Assembly: GCA_021413585.1 (NCBI GenBank)
Contig: JAIOQB010000278.1
Coordinates: 783 to 64,782, forward strand
From: Planctomycetia bacterium
GTDB taxonomy: Bacteria > Planctomycetota > Planctomycetia > Pirellulales > UBA7805
DNA length: 64,000 nt
Direction: 5' to 3'
In this document: piece by piece, positions 49,846 through 58,534 of the stretch
Layout: each line of letters begins with the position of its first letter
How positions within the stretch are numbered: the first letter of the stretch is position 1
Position numbers and translations under genes: made by a program
Notes under the pieces: model-generated
The model's input: only the letters and a program-made list of their open reading frames with translations
The model's database searches: none
Told to the model about the DNA's origin: nothing

Positions 49846-49955
49846 CGCATGGTTCGGCTAATGTGTCGCTAAAAAAACGCGGCGCCCCCACGCCACGTCA
49901 CTGCCACGCGCAGCAAACAGCGACCCTCCTCCCGGATCCGTAAATCCGTTCCGAC

Positions 49956-50016
49956 CAGTATGACGTGAAAATGCAGAAAAACAATATACTGGGAATAATG
50001 GGGTATATGGGATATC
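49956..50016 (+). promoter_or_regulatory. CAGTATGA box plus three consecutive TGGG-N5 9-mers in the divergent regulator/secretin control region
   Basis: CAGTATGA at 49956. TGGGAATAA (49990), TGGGGTATA (49999) and TGGGATATC (50008). They sit in an AT-rich island at about 49950-50130. Confidence 0.5.
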
Positions 50017-50492
50017 AATACAGCGAAAAAGCACTTAAGTCGTTATTTAATATCAACTTAAAGCATAAAATAACGCCTGTGAAACATCCTTATTGATCCA
50101 TAAAATCGTTAAATTCTACGCTTTGCCCGCACACATCCCTTAATCACCCACTTGCGCCGCTTCACTCTAGACACGATTCGGGCAGCAAAAGCCACGCTCC
50201 AAACGGCTCAACCGCCCGCGATGGCTCCCCCACAAAACTGAAGCCCGCGTGGCATAACCGCTACAGATTGCCTGAGCGGAACAACCCGCACTTCGCGATC
50301 TCGTTTTTCCGGATCTGCCGAGCTATCGCTCTGTGCCGGCATTTAGTTCTGTGCGGGTCATGCCGAAGAAACACGTTGTTCCCCCGCAGGTGCGCCGCTG
50401 CGCAGAGCGGGGGGGAGAACGTCGTACATCACTGCGACCAAATCGCAATCGCTTAGCAACAAGACCCACCAAGCCGCCAGCGTCCACCAACT

Positions 50493-52313
50493 TTGAGGCG
50501 ATCCATGGTTCCGGCCGTCAGAATGCAAGTTGATCTTCGTGGCGTTTGTCTGGCCAGCGCGCTGGCACTCGTTGTGGGACTGGGCGCTGCGCCGCAAACG
50601 GCCCATGCGCAGCAGGGAGAGAATCCCTCGGTCGGCGGCTTGCCGACCACGCTCCCTCCGGTGCCACGGCAGAATCCGCGCCCCGCGCAAGGCGACAAGG
50701 CCGACCAACGCTGGCAAACCACACGACCGGAGAAGGACAGCTCGCCGACCGCGTCGTTCATCGAATCGCTCAAAGGGAACGACGCCACGCTGCAAGTGAC
50801 GGTAGGCCAGGGGACGGTATTGACCACGCGCGTCCCGATCGAAAAGGGAACCATCGCGGTCGGCGACCCGTCCGTGATCGACTTTGACGTGCTGGTGCCG
50901 AATACCCGCATGATACGGCTCATCGGCCGGCGTCCCGGCGTGACGGACCTCTCCATTGCCACCGCGGACGGCCAGATCCACAACTTCCAGGTTCAGGTGG
51001 TTTACGACCTCGACCTGTTGCGGGCCCAACTCCGGCAGTTGTTCCCCGACGCCCAGATCAAGCTCGGCCAGGTCCGCGATCACCTGGTCGTTGAAGGCCA
51101 GGCTCGCAGCGCGGCCCAGGTTTCTCAGATCATGGAAACCCTGCGGGCGTACCTGACCTCGGTCCATGCCGCGGCAGGGCAGGGGGGGGGCGGCACGGGA
51201 GGGTCGGTCCCGCCGGCTCCGGCCTCACCTAACGGCGGCGGCAACACCACCGTGGTTACCGGCCCCAGCGCTTCAACCTTCCTGGGTCAGCAGAACGGCG
51301 TTGGCACGGGCAACCTCGGGGCGCCGCAGGTGATCAACCTGTTGCGAGTTCCCGGCCCGCAGCAAGTCATGTTGCAGGTTCGCGTGGCGGAACTCAACCG
51401 AACGGGTCTGCGTGAAATCGGGGCCGACCTCGGGTACATCAACCCCAGGACCGGCACGATCCTTGGCACTCAGATCAGCAACGCCAACGTAAGTGCCCTG
51501 GCGACGCTCACCGGCGGCGCCCTGACCGGCGCGGCCGCCATGACCAACAGCCCGAAGACCACCGCGTTTGGCATTTTTCCGTCCGCCGACTTCGATATCT
51601 TCCTGCGGGCGTTGCGTGAAAACACGTTGCTCACCGTGTTGGCCGAACCGAACCTGGTGGCGATGAACGGACATCGGGCCAGCTTCCTCGCCGGTGGTCA
51701 GTTCCCCGTGCCGGTGCCGCAAGGCGCGGGCGGCGTGACGAACAACGTGACGATCGAGTTTAAGGACTTCGGTGTGCAACTCGACTTCGTCCCCGTGATT
51801 CTCGAAGACGGCGCCATCCGGTTGGAAGTCACACCGGAAGTCAGCTCCATCGACTTCGCCTTAGGGACCACGCTGGTCCAAGGCGGGTCGCCGGTTCCCG
51901 GTTTGAACACCCGCAAAGCCACCACCACCGTGGAAATCCGCGAAGGAGAGACGTTGGCCATCGCCGGTTTGCTGCAAGTGCAGATCGACGCCAAGACCGA
52001 CCGCATCCCGGGCCTGGGTGACTTGCCGTACATCGGTCCGATGTTCAGCAACACGTCGCACAAGCGTCAGGAGAAAGAGTTGCTGATTCTGGTGTCGCCG
52101 CAGTTGGTCAGCTCGATTCCTTCCGATCAGGTCGGCCCGTCGCCGGGCATGGACGTGCTCGACCCAAACAATCTGGAGTTCTACCTGATGAACCGGATCG
52201 AAGGACGCACCGGCCGCGACTACCGTTCCACCACTACCTGGGATGACTGCCAGGCGTGGATGCTGCGGCTGGAACACTCCAACGCCTGCGGCCCCGTCGG
52301 ATTCTCCGAGTAA
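50493..52313 (+). CDS. rcpA: Tad pilus outer-membrane secretin CpaC/RcpA
   Basis: 606 aa with a signal peptide. Pilus-formation N-domain (LQVTVGQGTVLTT...VGDPSVIDFDV). Secretin core LAEPNLVAMNGHRASFLAGGQFPVP...IPGLGDLPYIGPMF...ELLILVSPQLV. Confidence 0.9.
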   Translation: MRRSMVPAVRMQVDLRGVCLASALALVVGLGAAPQTAHAQQGENPSVGGLPTTLPPVPRQNPRPAQGDKADQRWQTTRPEKDSSPTASFIESLKGNDATLQVTVGQGTVLTTRVPIEKGTIAVGDPSVIDFDVLVPNTRMIRLIGRRPGVTDLSIATADGQIHNFQVQVVYDLDLLRAQLRQLFPDAQIKLGQVRDHLVVEGQARSAAQVSQIMETLRAYLTSVHAAAGQGGGGTGGSVPPAPASPNGGGNTTVVTGPSASTFLGQQNGVGTGNLGAPQVINLLRVPGPQQVMLQVRVAELNRTGLREIGADLGYINPRTGTILGTQISNANVSALATLTGGALTGAAAMTNSPKTTAFGIFPSADFDIFLRALRENTLLTVLAEPNLVAMNGHRASFLAGGQFPVPVPQGAGGVTNNVTIEFKDFGVQLDFVPVILEDGAIRLEVTPEVSSIDFALGTTLVQGGSPVPGLNTRKATTTVEIREGETLAIAGLLQVQIDAKTDRIPGLGDLPYIGPMFSNTSHKRQEKELLILVSPQLVSSIPSDQVGPSPGMDVLDPNNLEFYLMNRIEGRTGRDYRSTTTWDDCQAWMLRLEHSNACGPVGFSE

Positions 52314-52401
52314 GCCACGAAAATTCCTCCCTGTACCACTCCCGCCATAGAAGCTTGCCGCCAGCGATGCCACGCAACGCCCGGCCCATGGAGCTGATGC
52401 G

Positions 52402-53448
52402 ATGATCACCAAACGACAATTGCGAGGCGTATGTTTCCTGGCCGCGGTCTCCGTGGCGGCGGTGCATCTGCGCGCCGAAGAGGGAACCCCGACCCCGGTG
52501 GCCGAAGCAGTTCCCGAAGCGGCAGGGCAGGGGGGCGGGACCATTCGCCTGGTGCAGGCCGACGAGCAGTCGACCGCCGCGAACGAACCGGCCGGCTCGC
52601 GCCTCTCGCTGCCGGCAGCGGCTTCGCCAACTACTTCGCCACCGTCCATTTCACAACGTAGAGCAGCTCCGACGGCCGGCATGGCAGCTCCGTTGCAAGC
52701 AGCCCCGTCGCCAGCAACCCGACGGCCCGCAGTGAAGTTCGCCTCCGCCCCCGCCAGCCCAACGGCCCCCACGGTTCACGCCGCTCCGGTCAATGCCTCG
52801 GCTCCCGAAGCAGTCGAGCCGCGCGAAACCGGCACCAATAATACGGCGAGCGCCGGCGGTTCGGGCAACTCGTCCTCCTGCTCCAACGGCGGCGATTGCA
52901 ACGACCGGCGGGTCGGCGATCACTGGCGCAATGTAACCAAGCCCCGCCTACAGTACCGCTACTGGGGCTATGCTCCGTTCTTCCGCGAGCCGGGCCTGGG
53001 CGCGAACATTTATCCGATGATCAACGCTCAGGTGGCCTCCGGCCTGGCCGAGCAACTGGTGCTGTACAACTACGACTTTGTCGACAACGGCACCGGCACC
53101 ACGCTCAATCCCCACGGGCAGAAGCAACTCTGCCGGATGGCCCATGTGTTGTCGCACTGCGACTACGTGCTGGTGATCGAGCGGAACGACGGCAACCCGG
53201 CCCTGGACGAAGCCCGCCGGCTGGCGGTGATCGAAGCGGCCAAGTCGCTGCCGGTTCCGCTCGCCGACGATCGCGTGGTGGTGGCCTGCCCGCTGGCGAC
53301 CGGCCTGCGCGGCAGCGAGGCGGAAATCATCAACGTCAACCAACTGCGTCAAACGGCCAACGGCTTTCAGCAACGGAGCTACAGCTCGGCCGCCGCGTTT
53401 AGCTCGGCAGCCGGCAGCGGCACCGGCACCGGCAGCGGCACTCCGTAA
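52402..53448 (+). CDS. secreted hypothetical protein in the secretin operon (Ala/Pro-rich linker plus conserved C-terminal domain)
   Basis: Signal peptide MITKRQLRGVCFLAAVSVAAVHLRAEE. The C-terminal ~170 aa (LVLYNYDFVDNGTGTTLNPHGQKQLCRMAHVL...LDEARRLAVIEAAKSL) belong to no family I recognise. A CpaD-like or pilotin role is only a guess from position. Confidence 0.55.
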   Translation: MITKRQLRGVCFLAAVSVAAVHLRAEEGTPTPVAEAVPEAAGQGGGTIRLVQADEQSTAANEPAGSRLSLPAAASPTTSPPSISQRRAAPTAGMAAPLQAAPSPATRRPAVKFASAPASPTAPTVHAAPVNASAPEAVEPRETGTNNTASAGGSGNSSSCSNGGDCNDRRVGDHWRNVTKPRLQYRYWGYAPFFREPGLGANIYPMINAQVASGLAEQLVLYNYDFVDNGTGTTLNPHGQKQLCRMAHVLSHCDYVLVIERNDGNPALDEARRLAVIEAAKSLPVPLADDRVVVACPLATGLRGSEAEIINVNQLRQTANGFQQRSYSSAAAFSSAAGSGTGTGSGTP

Positions 53449-53534
53449 TCCACGACCCGGTCGCACGCTTCGCAGCAGGCCGCGCTTGTCATCGTCACAC
53501 AACATCTCATCTCGATATCGCACTCGCGGGAGCA

Positions 53535-54665
53535 ATGACCATCATGAGCATCCGGACCACCCATCCTCTGATCGTCGGTCTGCTGCTGGCCCAACTGGCC
53601 GCCGTCAGCGGCTGCCAGGCCACCAAGAGCATGTTCTCAGGCGGGAACCAAGACATTGCCAGGACGAATCCGCAAACACAGCAGCCGCAACTCCTGCCGG
53701 GTGTGCCCCCTTCCGAGCCGACCGCCGCGCTGACGAAGAATCAAAAGATGAACGTCCAGATGGCGCTGGCTCGTTCGCTGGAGCGGCAGCATAAGCAACA
53801 AGACGCGATGGGCATCTATCAGGAAATCGCCCGCCGCGACAAAACCAACGCCGAAGCCTGGCACCGGATGGCGGTGATCTCGGACATGGACGGCAAGCCG
53901 GACAAGGCGACCGAGTACTACAAGCTGGCCCTGGAAAATGCCCCCAAGAACGCCGACATCTACTGCGATCGCGGCTACAGCCAATACCTGCAGCGCCGCT
54001 GGGCCGAGTCGGAGCAGAGCTATCGCAAAGCGATTGAGCTGAAGCCCGACCTGACGCGTGCCTACAACAACCTGGGCATGTTGCTGGCCCGCACCGGCCG
54101 CCAGAACGACGCTCTCATGGCGTTCCACCACGCCGGCAACGACGAGTCGGAAGCCCGTTGCAACATGGCGCTGGCCATGATGCTGGAAAAGCATTGGGAC
54201 GAAGCGGAGAACGAATGCCGGACCGCGCTGCAGAACAAGCACACGTCGCCGAAGACGCGCGAGAAGCTGGATCACTTCTCGAACCTCATCGCGCAAGCCC
54301 GACCGGGTGGCAACAAGACAAACATGTCCGCCAGTACGGGCCTGTCCGCCAACACTGGCATGTCCAGCCCATCGATCAATCGGCCGGTGATGGCGGCTCA
54401 GCCGGAGAATGTCGCCTATCGGGCACCGGCGGCGGCTCAGTCGGTTCCTATGCAGTCGATGCCCGCGCCGGCAATCGCGCCGGCAATCGTTCCGGCCCCG
54501 GCGAATTACCAGACCGCCGCGAATGTTCCGGCTCAGTATAATCCGCCGGCCATTGCTCACACCGGCGCCGGCGCAGCAAGCGTCGTACGTGCTGCCCGCC
54601 ATGCCGCCAGCCGCTGGAAACATGACTGCCGCGGGCAATATGCCGGCCGGGGATCGGTATGCTGA
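53535..54665 (+). CDS. tadD: TPR-repeat lipoprotein (TadD-like); reading frame appears to shift near 54545-54575
   Basis: Lipobox LAAVSGC. TPR repeats run from AMGIYQEIARRDKTNAEAWHRMAVI to ALMAFHHAGNDESEARCNMA. The last ~30 codons of this frame (AASVVRAARHAASRWKHDCRGQYAGRGSVC) look non-coding. Confidence 0.7.
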   Translation: MTIMSIRTTHPLIVGLLLAQLAAVSGCQATKSMFSGGNQDIARTNPQTQQPQLLPGVPPSEPTAALTKNQKMNVQMALARSLERQHKQQDAMGIYQEIARRDKTNAEAWHRMAVISDMDGKPDKATEYYKLALENAPKNADIYCDRGYSQYLQRRWAESEQSYRKAIELKPDLTRAYNNLGMLLARTGRQNDALMAFHHAGNDESEARCNMALAMMLEKHWDEAENECRTALQNKHTSPKTREKLDHFSNLIAQARPGGNKTNMSASTGLSANTGMSSPSINRPVMAAQPENVAYRAPAAAQSVPMQSMPAPAIAPAIVPAPANYQTAANVPAQYNPPAIAHTGAGAASVVRAARHAASRWKHDCRGQYAGRGSVC

Positions 54666-55059
54666 CTACCGCTACACCAACGGCGCGACTCCTACGGCGC
54701 AGGCCCAGTCCATCCCGCAATCGCTGCCGGAGCAGATCGGTCCAGCTCCCGCCGCGCCGACCATGGCGAACCCTGCGACGATGGAAGAGCCCGCGCGAAT
54801 CGTGCGGCTGCCGATTCCGTACGGCATCGGCGCCGCGGCGATCGAGGCCCGGCCTCCGGTGGCGGTCCCCGCTCCGATCGTGACCCAACCGCGGCCAATC
54901 ACATTCGCCCCGCCCGCGCTGCCGGGAGAGAACGCGGCAACCCCGCGATACAGTGCGCCGAGCAATGCAGCTTCACCAGGCGCTCCGCCGACCAGTGCCG
55001 CCACCGACACCGGCTCGACCGACCAGACATCGCTAGTCCTGCGGATTTCCCCTCCGTAG
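54601..55059 (+). CDS. Pro/Ala/Gln-rich segment in the +1 frame: either the frameshifted C-terminus of the TPR lipoprotein or a separate small ORF
   Basis: The frame opened at 54409 reads ...PAPAQQASYVLPAMPPAAGNMTAAGNMPAGDRYADYRYTNG...LVLRISPP*. Its composition continues that of the preceding frame up to NVPAQYNPPAIA. First ATG in this frame after the switch region is 54601. Confidence 0.4.
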   Translation: MPPAAGNMTAAGNMPAGDRYADYRYTNGATPTAQAQSIPQSLPEQIGPAPAAPTMANPATMEEPARIVRLPIPYGIGAAAIEARPPVAVPAPIVTQPRPITFAPPALPGENAATPRYSAPSNAASPGAPPTSAATDTGSTDQTSLVLRISPP

Positions 55060-55196
55060 GATCTGCGCATGTGCTGTTAGATTGTGGGAATGCCCCGGCG
55101 TTTATACCTAGTTAGCCTGCTGGCGCGAACGCACTGTTACCGCACGTCGAACTCCGGAGACCAGGAAGCGGGCATTCGCGGGTGATGGGGACTCAG

Positions 55197-55416
55197 GTCC
55201 CGGAGGGACCATTGAAAATAGCCCAGCGATTCATCGCTGGGTTCGAGATCTCAATGCCAGTGCGTCCCGGAGGGACGCTTGAACATTCAGATCCGGTTGG
55301 CTCGCACGTTATCCTGTGCTTTGTCTTCAAGCGTCCCTACGGGACGCAGACGAAATGCGCGCTGAACTTTACCCAGCGATAAATCGCTGGGCTATTATCG
55401 TGCGTCCCTGCGGGAC
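55197..55416. repeat. composite nested palindrome (MITE/REP-like)
   Basis: Four GTCCC-NNN-GGGAC hairpins at 55197, 55264, 55333 and 55404. Two CCCAGCGAT-NNN-ATCGCTGGG hairpins at 55222 and 55372. The arms gggacgcttgaa / ttcaagcgtccc and aatagcccagcga / tcgctgggctatt pair across the element. Confidence 0.8.
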
Positions 55417-55528
55417 GGGGTATACGCGAGGAGAGTCGTCATCATAGCGATAACGCGTTAAACACTCACCGACGTTTATGCCGGAACGTCTACAGGTTTT
55501 ACTGCCCGACCACTTTCCAAAGAGCCAC

Positions 55529-57136
55529 CTATTCGTCCGTGGCCGCCGCCACTTTCTGCTGCCAGAACGTCAGAGCCTGCTGCTGATTGCCGAGGACTTC
55601 GCGTCGCTCCTTCTCGTCGGCCAATTTACTGCTGGCCAGTTTGATGCGGTCGATCCGCTCGCGCACCCAGTCGACGAAGAACTGCGACGACCGGCGGCTG
55701 ACGTATCGCTTCGCGCCCCGCAACTCCAAATAAAACGGGGCGGTGGAAGCGAATCGAAAGGTCTGTTTGTTGTCCGCGATCGCACGGACAAGAAACCAGC
55801 CGCTCTGCCCGAATGTTAGCGCAGCCGCGAGCTTCTGACTGCCGACCTTTGACTCGCAGCGGACGCTGCTCACGACTTTGCCGTTGTGGATGATCTCCAC
55901 GGTGGACACCGGATCGTTGCTCGAAAGTTCAACGTCCAGCTTGACTTCTAACTGCTTCTCGTTCAGGGCGAACACATGGCCGGGCAGTTCGCCGTTGGCC
56001 CGGCAGAGCAGCAGCGGGCCGTTGGTGACCATTGCCCGCCCCGCCTTGAGGGCCTGCCACCAGTCGGCATAGTCCAGCGGCTTTCCGGTATGCACATACA
56101 CCCGGTTGTAGCCTACCGGATTGGGGAGAACTCCGGAGGCCGACCCGGCCGAGGGAGGAATCCGCAGCCCGCAGTTGAGTATGTGGTAGTAAATCTCCTG
56201 GGACCAATAGCCGTTGCCCAACGGCGGCGGCAGCCGTTTGGCATCCCGCGGCTTCCCCCACGCCTCCGACTCGTACATCTCGCCGCGACACATGTGATTG
56301 TTGGCCAGCTCGATCGAATCCACTTGGCCGCTGGCCAGCCAAACCGGCACGTCCCACCAGAACGGTTTTTCGATATCGATCCAGGCCTCTTTATGGCGGC
56401 GGGCTTGGTGCAGAAATTGCATCGCGGCGGGGTATTCGCTCTTCGCGCCTTTGATGTCGAGCGGTCGCGGCAAGTTCAAGAACAGCAGCGCGCCTCCTTC
56501 GCGTTCGTCCTCACCGGCCATGATCTGGCAATAACGGTTGGCGTCGAACCGTCGCAGCGGGTTCTCCGGCAGCGGCCGCTTCAACCACTGGTTCTCGTCG
56601 TTCCACCAGGTGATGGCGGTGCCGACGTGTAGGTCTTCCGCTCGCATCAACAACTCGACGTCCGCCACGGGGCGATGGATGTGCAGCTCGCCCGACCACC
56701 AGCCGCGCTGGGCCAGATTGGCGATGCGAAGCAGCCGGATCGCCACGCGGGCGGTTTCGGTCGCGGCGACCGTCACGTCGCCGCTAGTTCGTTCGTACTC
56801 CGGTCCACGCTGGATCTCGAAGTGGTACTTGCCTGAGGGGAGATCGAGTTCAGCGCTGCCGGCACAGACAAAGTGGTCCGCCCAGTTCGGCAATCCGGGG
56901 GCTTTCACCGGCTTGTGGGCTGCGTCCAGCAGGTGGATCCGGCAGGGGAGGGGCACTCCCCGCTCGTCGACAATTTCAAACCGCAATTTACCCGACGCCG
57001 CGTGGAGCGGCGCCGCACAAAAGCTGTTGCCAACCGTGATCGCGAAAGTGACGGCCAGGGCTTTGACGATGCCGCGTAGTACCATGCCGGGATGGAGGAT
57101 GGTGGCAAGTGGATATAAGGGCGCCGAGTATTCCAT
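55529..57136 (-). CDS. secreted PHP-like (CehA/McbA-type) metal-dependent hydrolase
   Basis: 535 aa. WWSGELHIHRP is a metal-binding His motif context. Signal-like MVLRGIVKALAVTFAITVGNSFCAAPLHA. The alternative start ATG 57085 is more plausible than 57136. Confidence 0.5.
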   Translation of the reverse strand: MEYSAPLYPLATILHPGMVLRGIVKALAVTFAITVGNSFCAAPLHAASGKLRFEIVDERGVPLPCRIHLLDAAHKPVKAPGLPNWADHFVCAGSAELDLPSGKYHFEIQRGPEYERTSGDVTVAATETARVAIRLLRIANLAQRGWWSGELHIHRPVADVELLMRAEDLHVGTAITWWNDENQWLKRPLPENPLRRFDANRYCQIMAGEDEREGGALLFLNLPRPLDIKGAKSEYPAAMQFLHQARRHKEAWIDIEKPFWWDVPVWLASGQVDSIELANNHMCRGEMYESEAWGKPRDAKRLPPPLGNGYWSQEIYYHILNCGLRIPPSAGSASGVLPNPVGYNRVYVHTGKPLDYADWWQALKAGRAMVTNGPLLLCRANGELPGHVFALNEKQLEVKLDVELSSNDPVSTVEIIHNGKVVSSVRCESKVGSQKLAAALTFGQSGWFLVRAIADNKQTFRFASTAPFYLELRGAKRYVSRRSSQFFVDWVRERIDRIKLASSKLADEKERREVLGNQQQALTFWQQKVAAATDE

Positions 57137-57731
57137 GACCGACGACCATATTTTCCAGATCGTGCTGTTCGCCGGCTGTGCCGTGATGCTGCCGATTGGG
57201 TTGTACTATCGGATCCGGTCACAAGCAACGGGCGAGAAACTTGACCGGAGGCAAGAGGGGCTGTTCGTTCTGCTCACGCTGCGGCCGATGGGCGTCGTGC
57301 GAATGCTCGGACTGATCGCCTACATGGTCAACCCCGCCTGGATGGCGTGGTCGTCGTGCCCGTTGCCGACGTGGCTCCGCTGGCTGGGCGTGCCAATCGG
57401 CGCGGCGGCCGCGACCGGTGTCATCTGGACGTTCCATACCCTGGGGCCAAACCTTACCGACACGGTGGCCGTGCGGCAACATGCCACGCTAGTGACCAGC
57501 GGCCCGTATCGGTGGATTCGCCACCCGTTTTACGCGTCGTTCGCACTGGCCGCGACTGCCGATTCGCTGGTGACGGCCAATTGGTTCCTGGCCCTGACCG
57601 GAATATTGACGTTCAGTCTGATCGTGTTGCGGATCCGAGCGGAGGAAGCACGGCTACTCGCCCGCTTTGGCGGCGCGTATCGGAGCTACATGCGCACAAC
57701 CGGCCGGTTCTGGCCGCGCGGGGGCCTTTAG
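57135..57731 (+). CDS. isoprenylcysteine carboxyl / phospholipid methyltransferase family membrane protein
   Basis: ORF 56538..57731 trimmed to ATG 57135 (MTDDHIFQIVLFAG...). C-terminal signature LVTSGPYRWIRHPFYASFAL...EEARLLARFGGAYRSY. Confidence 0.8.
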   Translation: MTDDHIFQIVLFAGCAVMLPIGLYYRIRSQATGEKLDRRQEGLFVLLTLRPMGVVRMLGLIAYMVNPAWMAWSSCPLPTWLRWLGVPIGAAAATGVIWTFHTLGPNLTDTVAVRQHATLVTSGPYRWIRHPFYASFALAATADSLVTANWFLALTGILTFSLIVLRIRAEEARLLARFGGAYRSYMRTTGRFWPRGGL

Positions 57732-57896
57732 CGGATTGCCGTCAGTAGTCGAGCGCATCCGTGGCGCTAGCACTGGCAAAGCCAGTGGCGAACACGCCGG
57801 GCCGAGTATCCATCTGACACCCTCACCCGGACCCTGGCTCTCTCAGAGAGGGAAACTGCAGCAGATTATCTCCTGCCGATAGCCCATAGCTGACAG

Positions 57897-58235
57897 CTAC
57901 AAAGCACTATCCCCCGTCTCGCGGGTGCGGATCCGGATGCCGTCGGCCAGGGCGGTGACGAAGATCTTGCCGTCGCCGATCTTGCCGGTGCTGGCGGCGG
58001 AGAGGATGGCGTCGATCACCTTCTGGGCGTTGGCCTCGGTGGCGGCGATCTCGATCTTCACCTTGGGGACGAAGTCCACTTTGTATTCCGCGCCGCGGTA
58101 AGTTTCGGACTGTCCCTTCTGGCGACCAAAGCCGCGGACTTCCGTGATGGTCATGCCGTACAATCCCATGGCGACCAGGGCCGCTTTGATCTCTTCGACT
58201 TTGTGGTGGCGAACGATGGCTTCAATTTTTTTCAT
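57897..58235 (-). CDS. glnK: P-II nitrogen regulatory protein GlnK
   Basis: 112 aa: MKKIEAIVRHHKVEEIKAAL...TEVRGFGRQKGQSETYRGAEY (T-loop Tyr present)...GDGKIFV. Lies downstream of amtB. Confidence 0.95.
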   Translation of the reverse strand: MKKIEAIVRHHKVEEIKAALVAMGLYGMTITEVRGFGRQKGQSETYRGAEYKVDFVPKVKIEIAATEANAQKVIDAILSAASTGKIGDGKIFVTALADGIRIRTRETGDSAL

Positions 58236-58534
58236 GGCTGTTGCCTTCTATATTTCCTGGATATTGGTTGCGTGCCTGAGACACGAAAATTGAATGAGCA
58301 GAATGGCGCTAGCCACCGGTCTTCGCGGAGGGCCAAGCGCATCGAATCACAGGTGAACCGCCGGAATCCCGGCGACACGACCCCGACTTGGGCCGGCCAG
58401 GCGGTAAGCCGGCCCAAGTCTTTGGGGCGTTCCCCTGGCAAGGCGGTGCCAGAAGTTCTTCGTGTGTGTCGCCGCGTTTCGCCTTGACCGCCGGCACCGC
58501 GATGTCCGTCGCGGCGCCGGCGATGTCAGGCCGA

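Noticed and set aside
57134-57137. The divergent PHP-like and methyltransferase genes appear to share a palindromic CATG as overlapping start codons.
   Set aside because: This is most likely an artefact of taking the longest ORF for the minus-strand gene. The internal ATG 57085 gives a better signal peptide and leaves a ~50-bp divergent promoter region.
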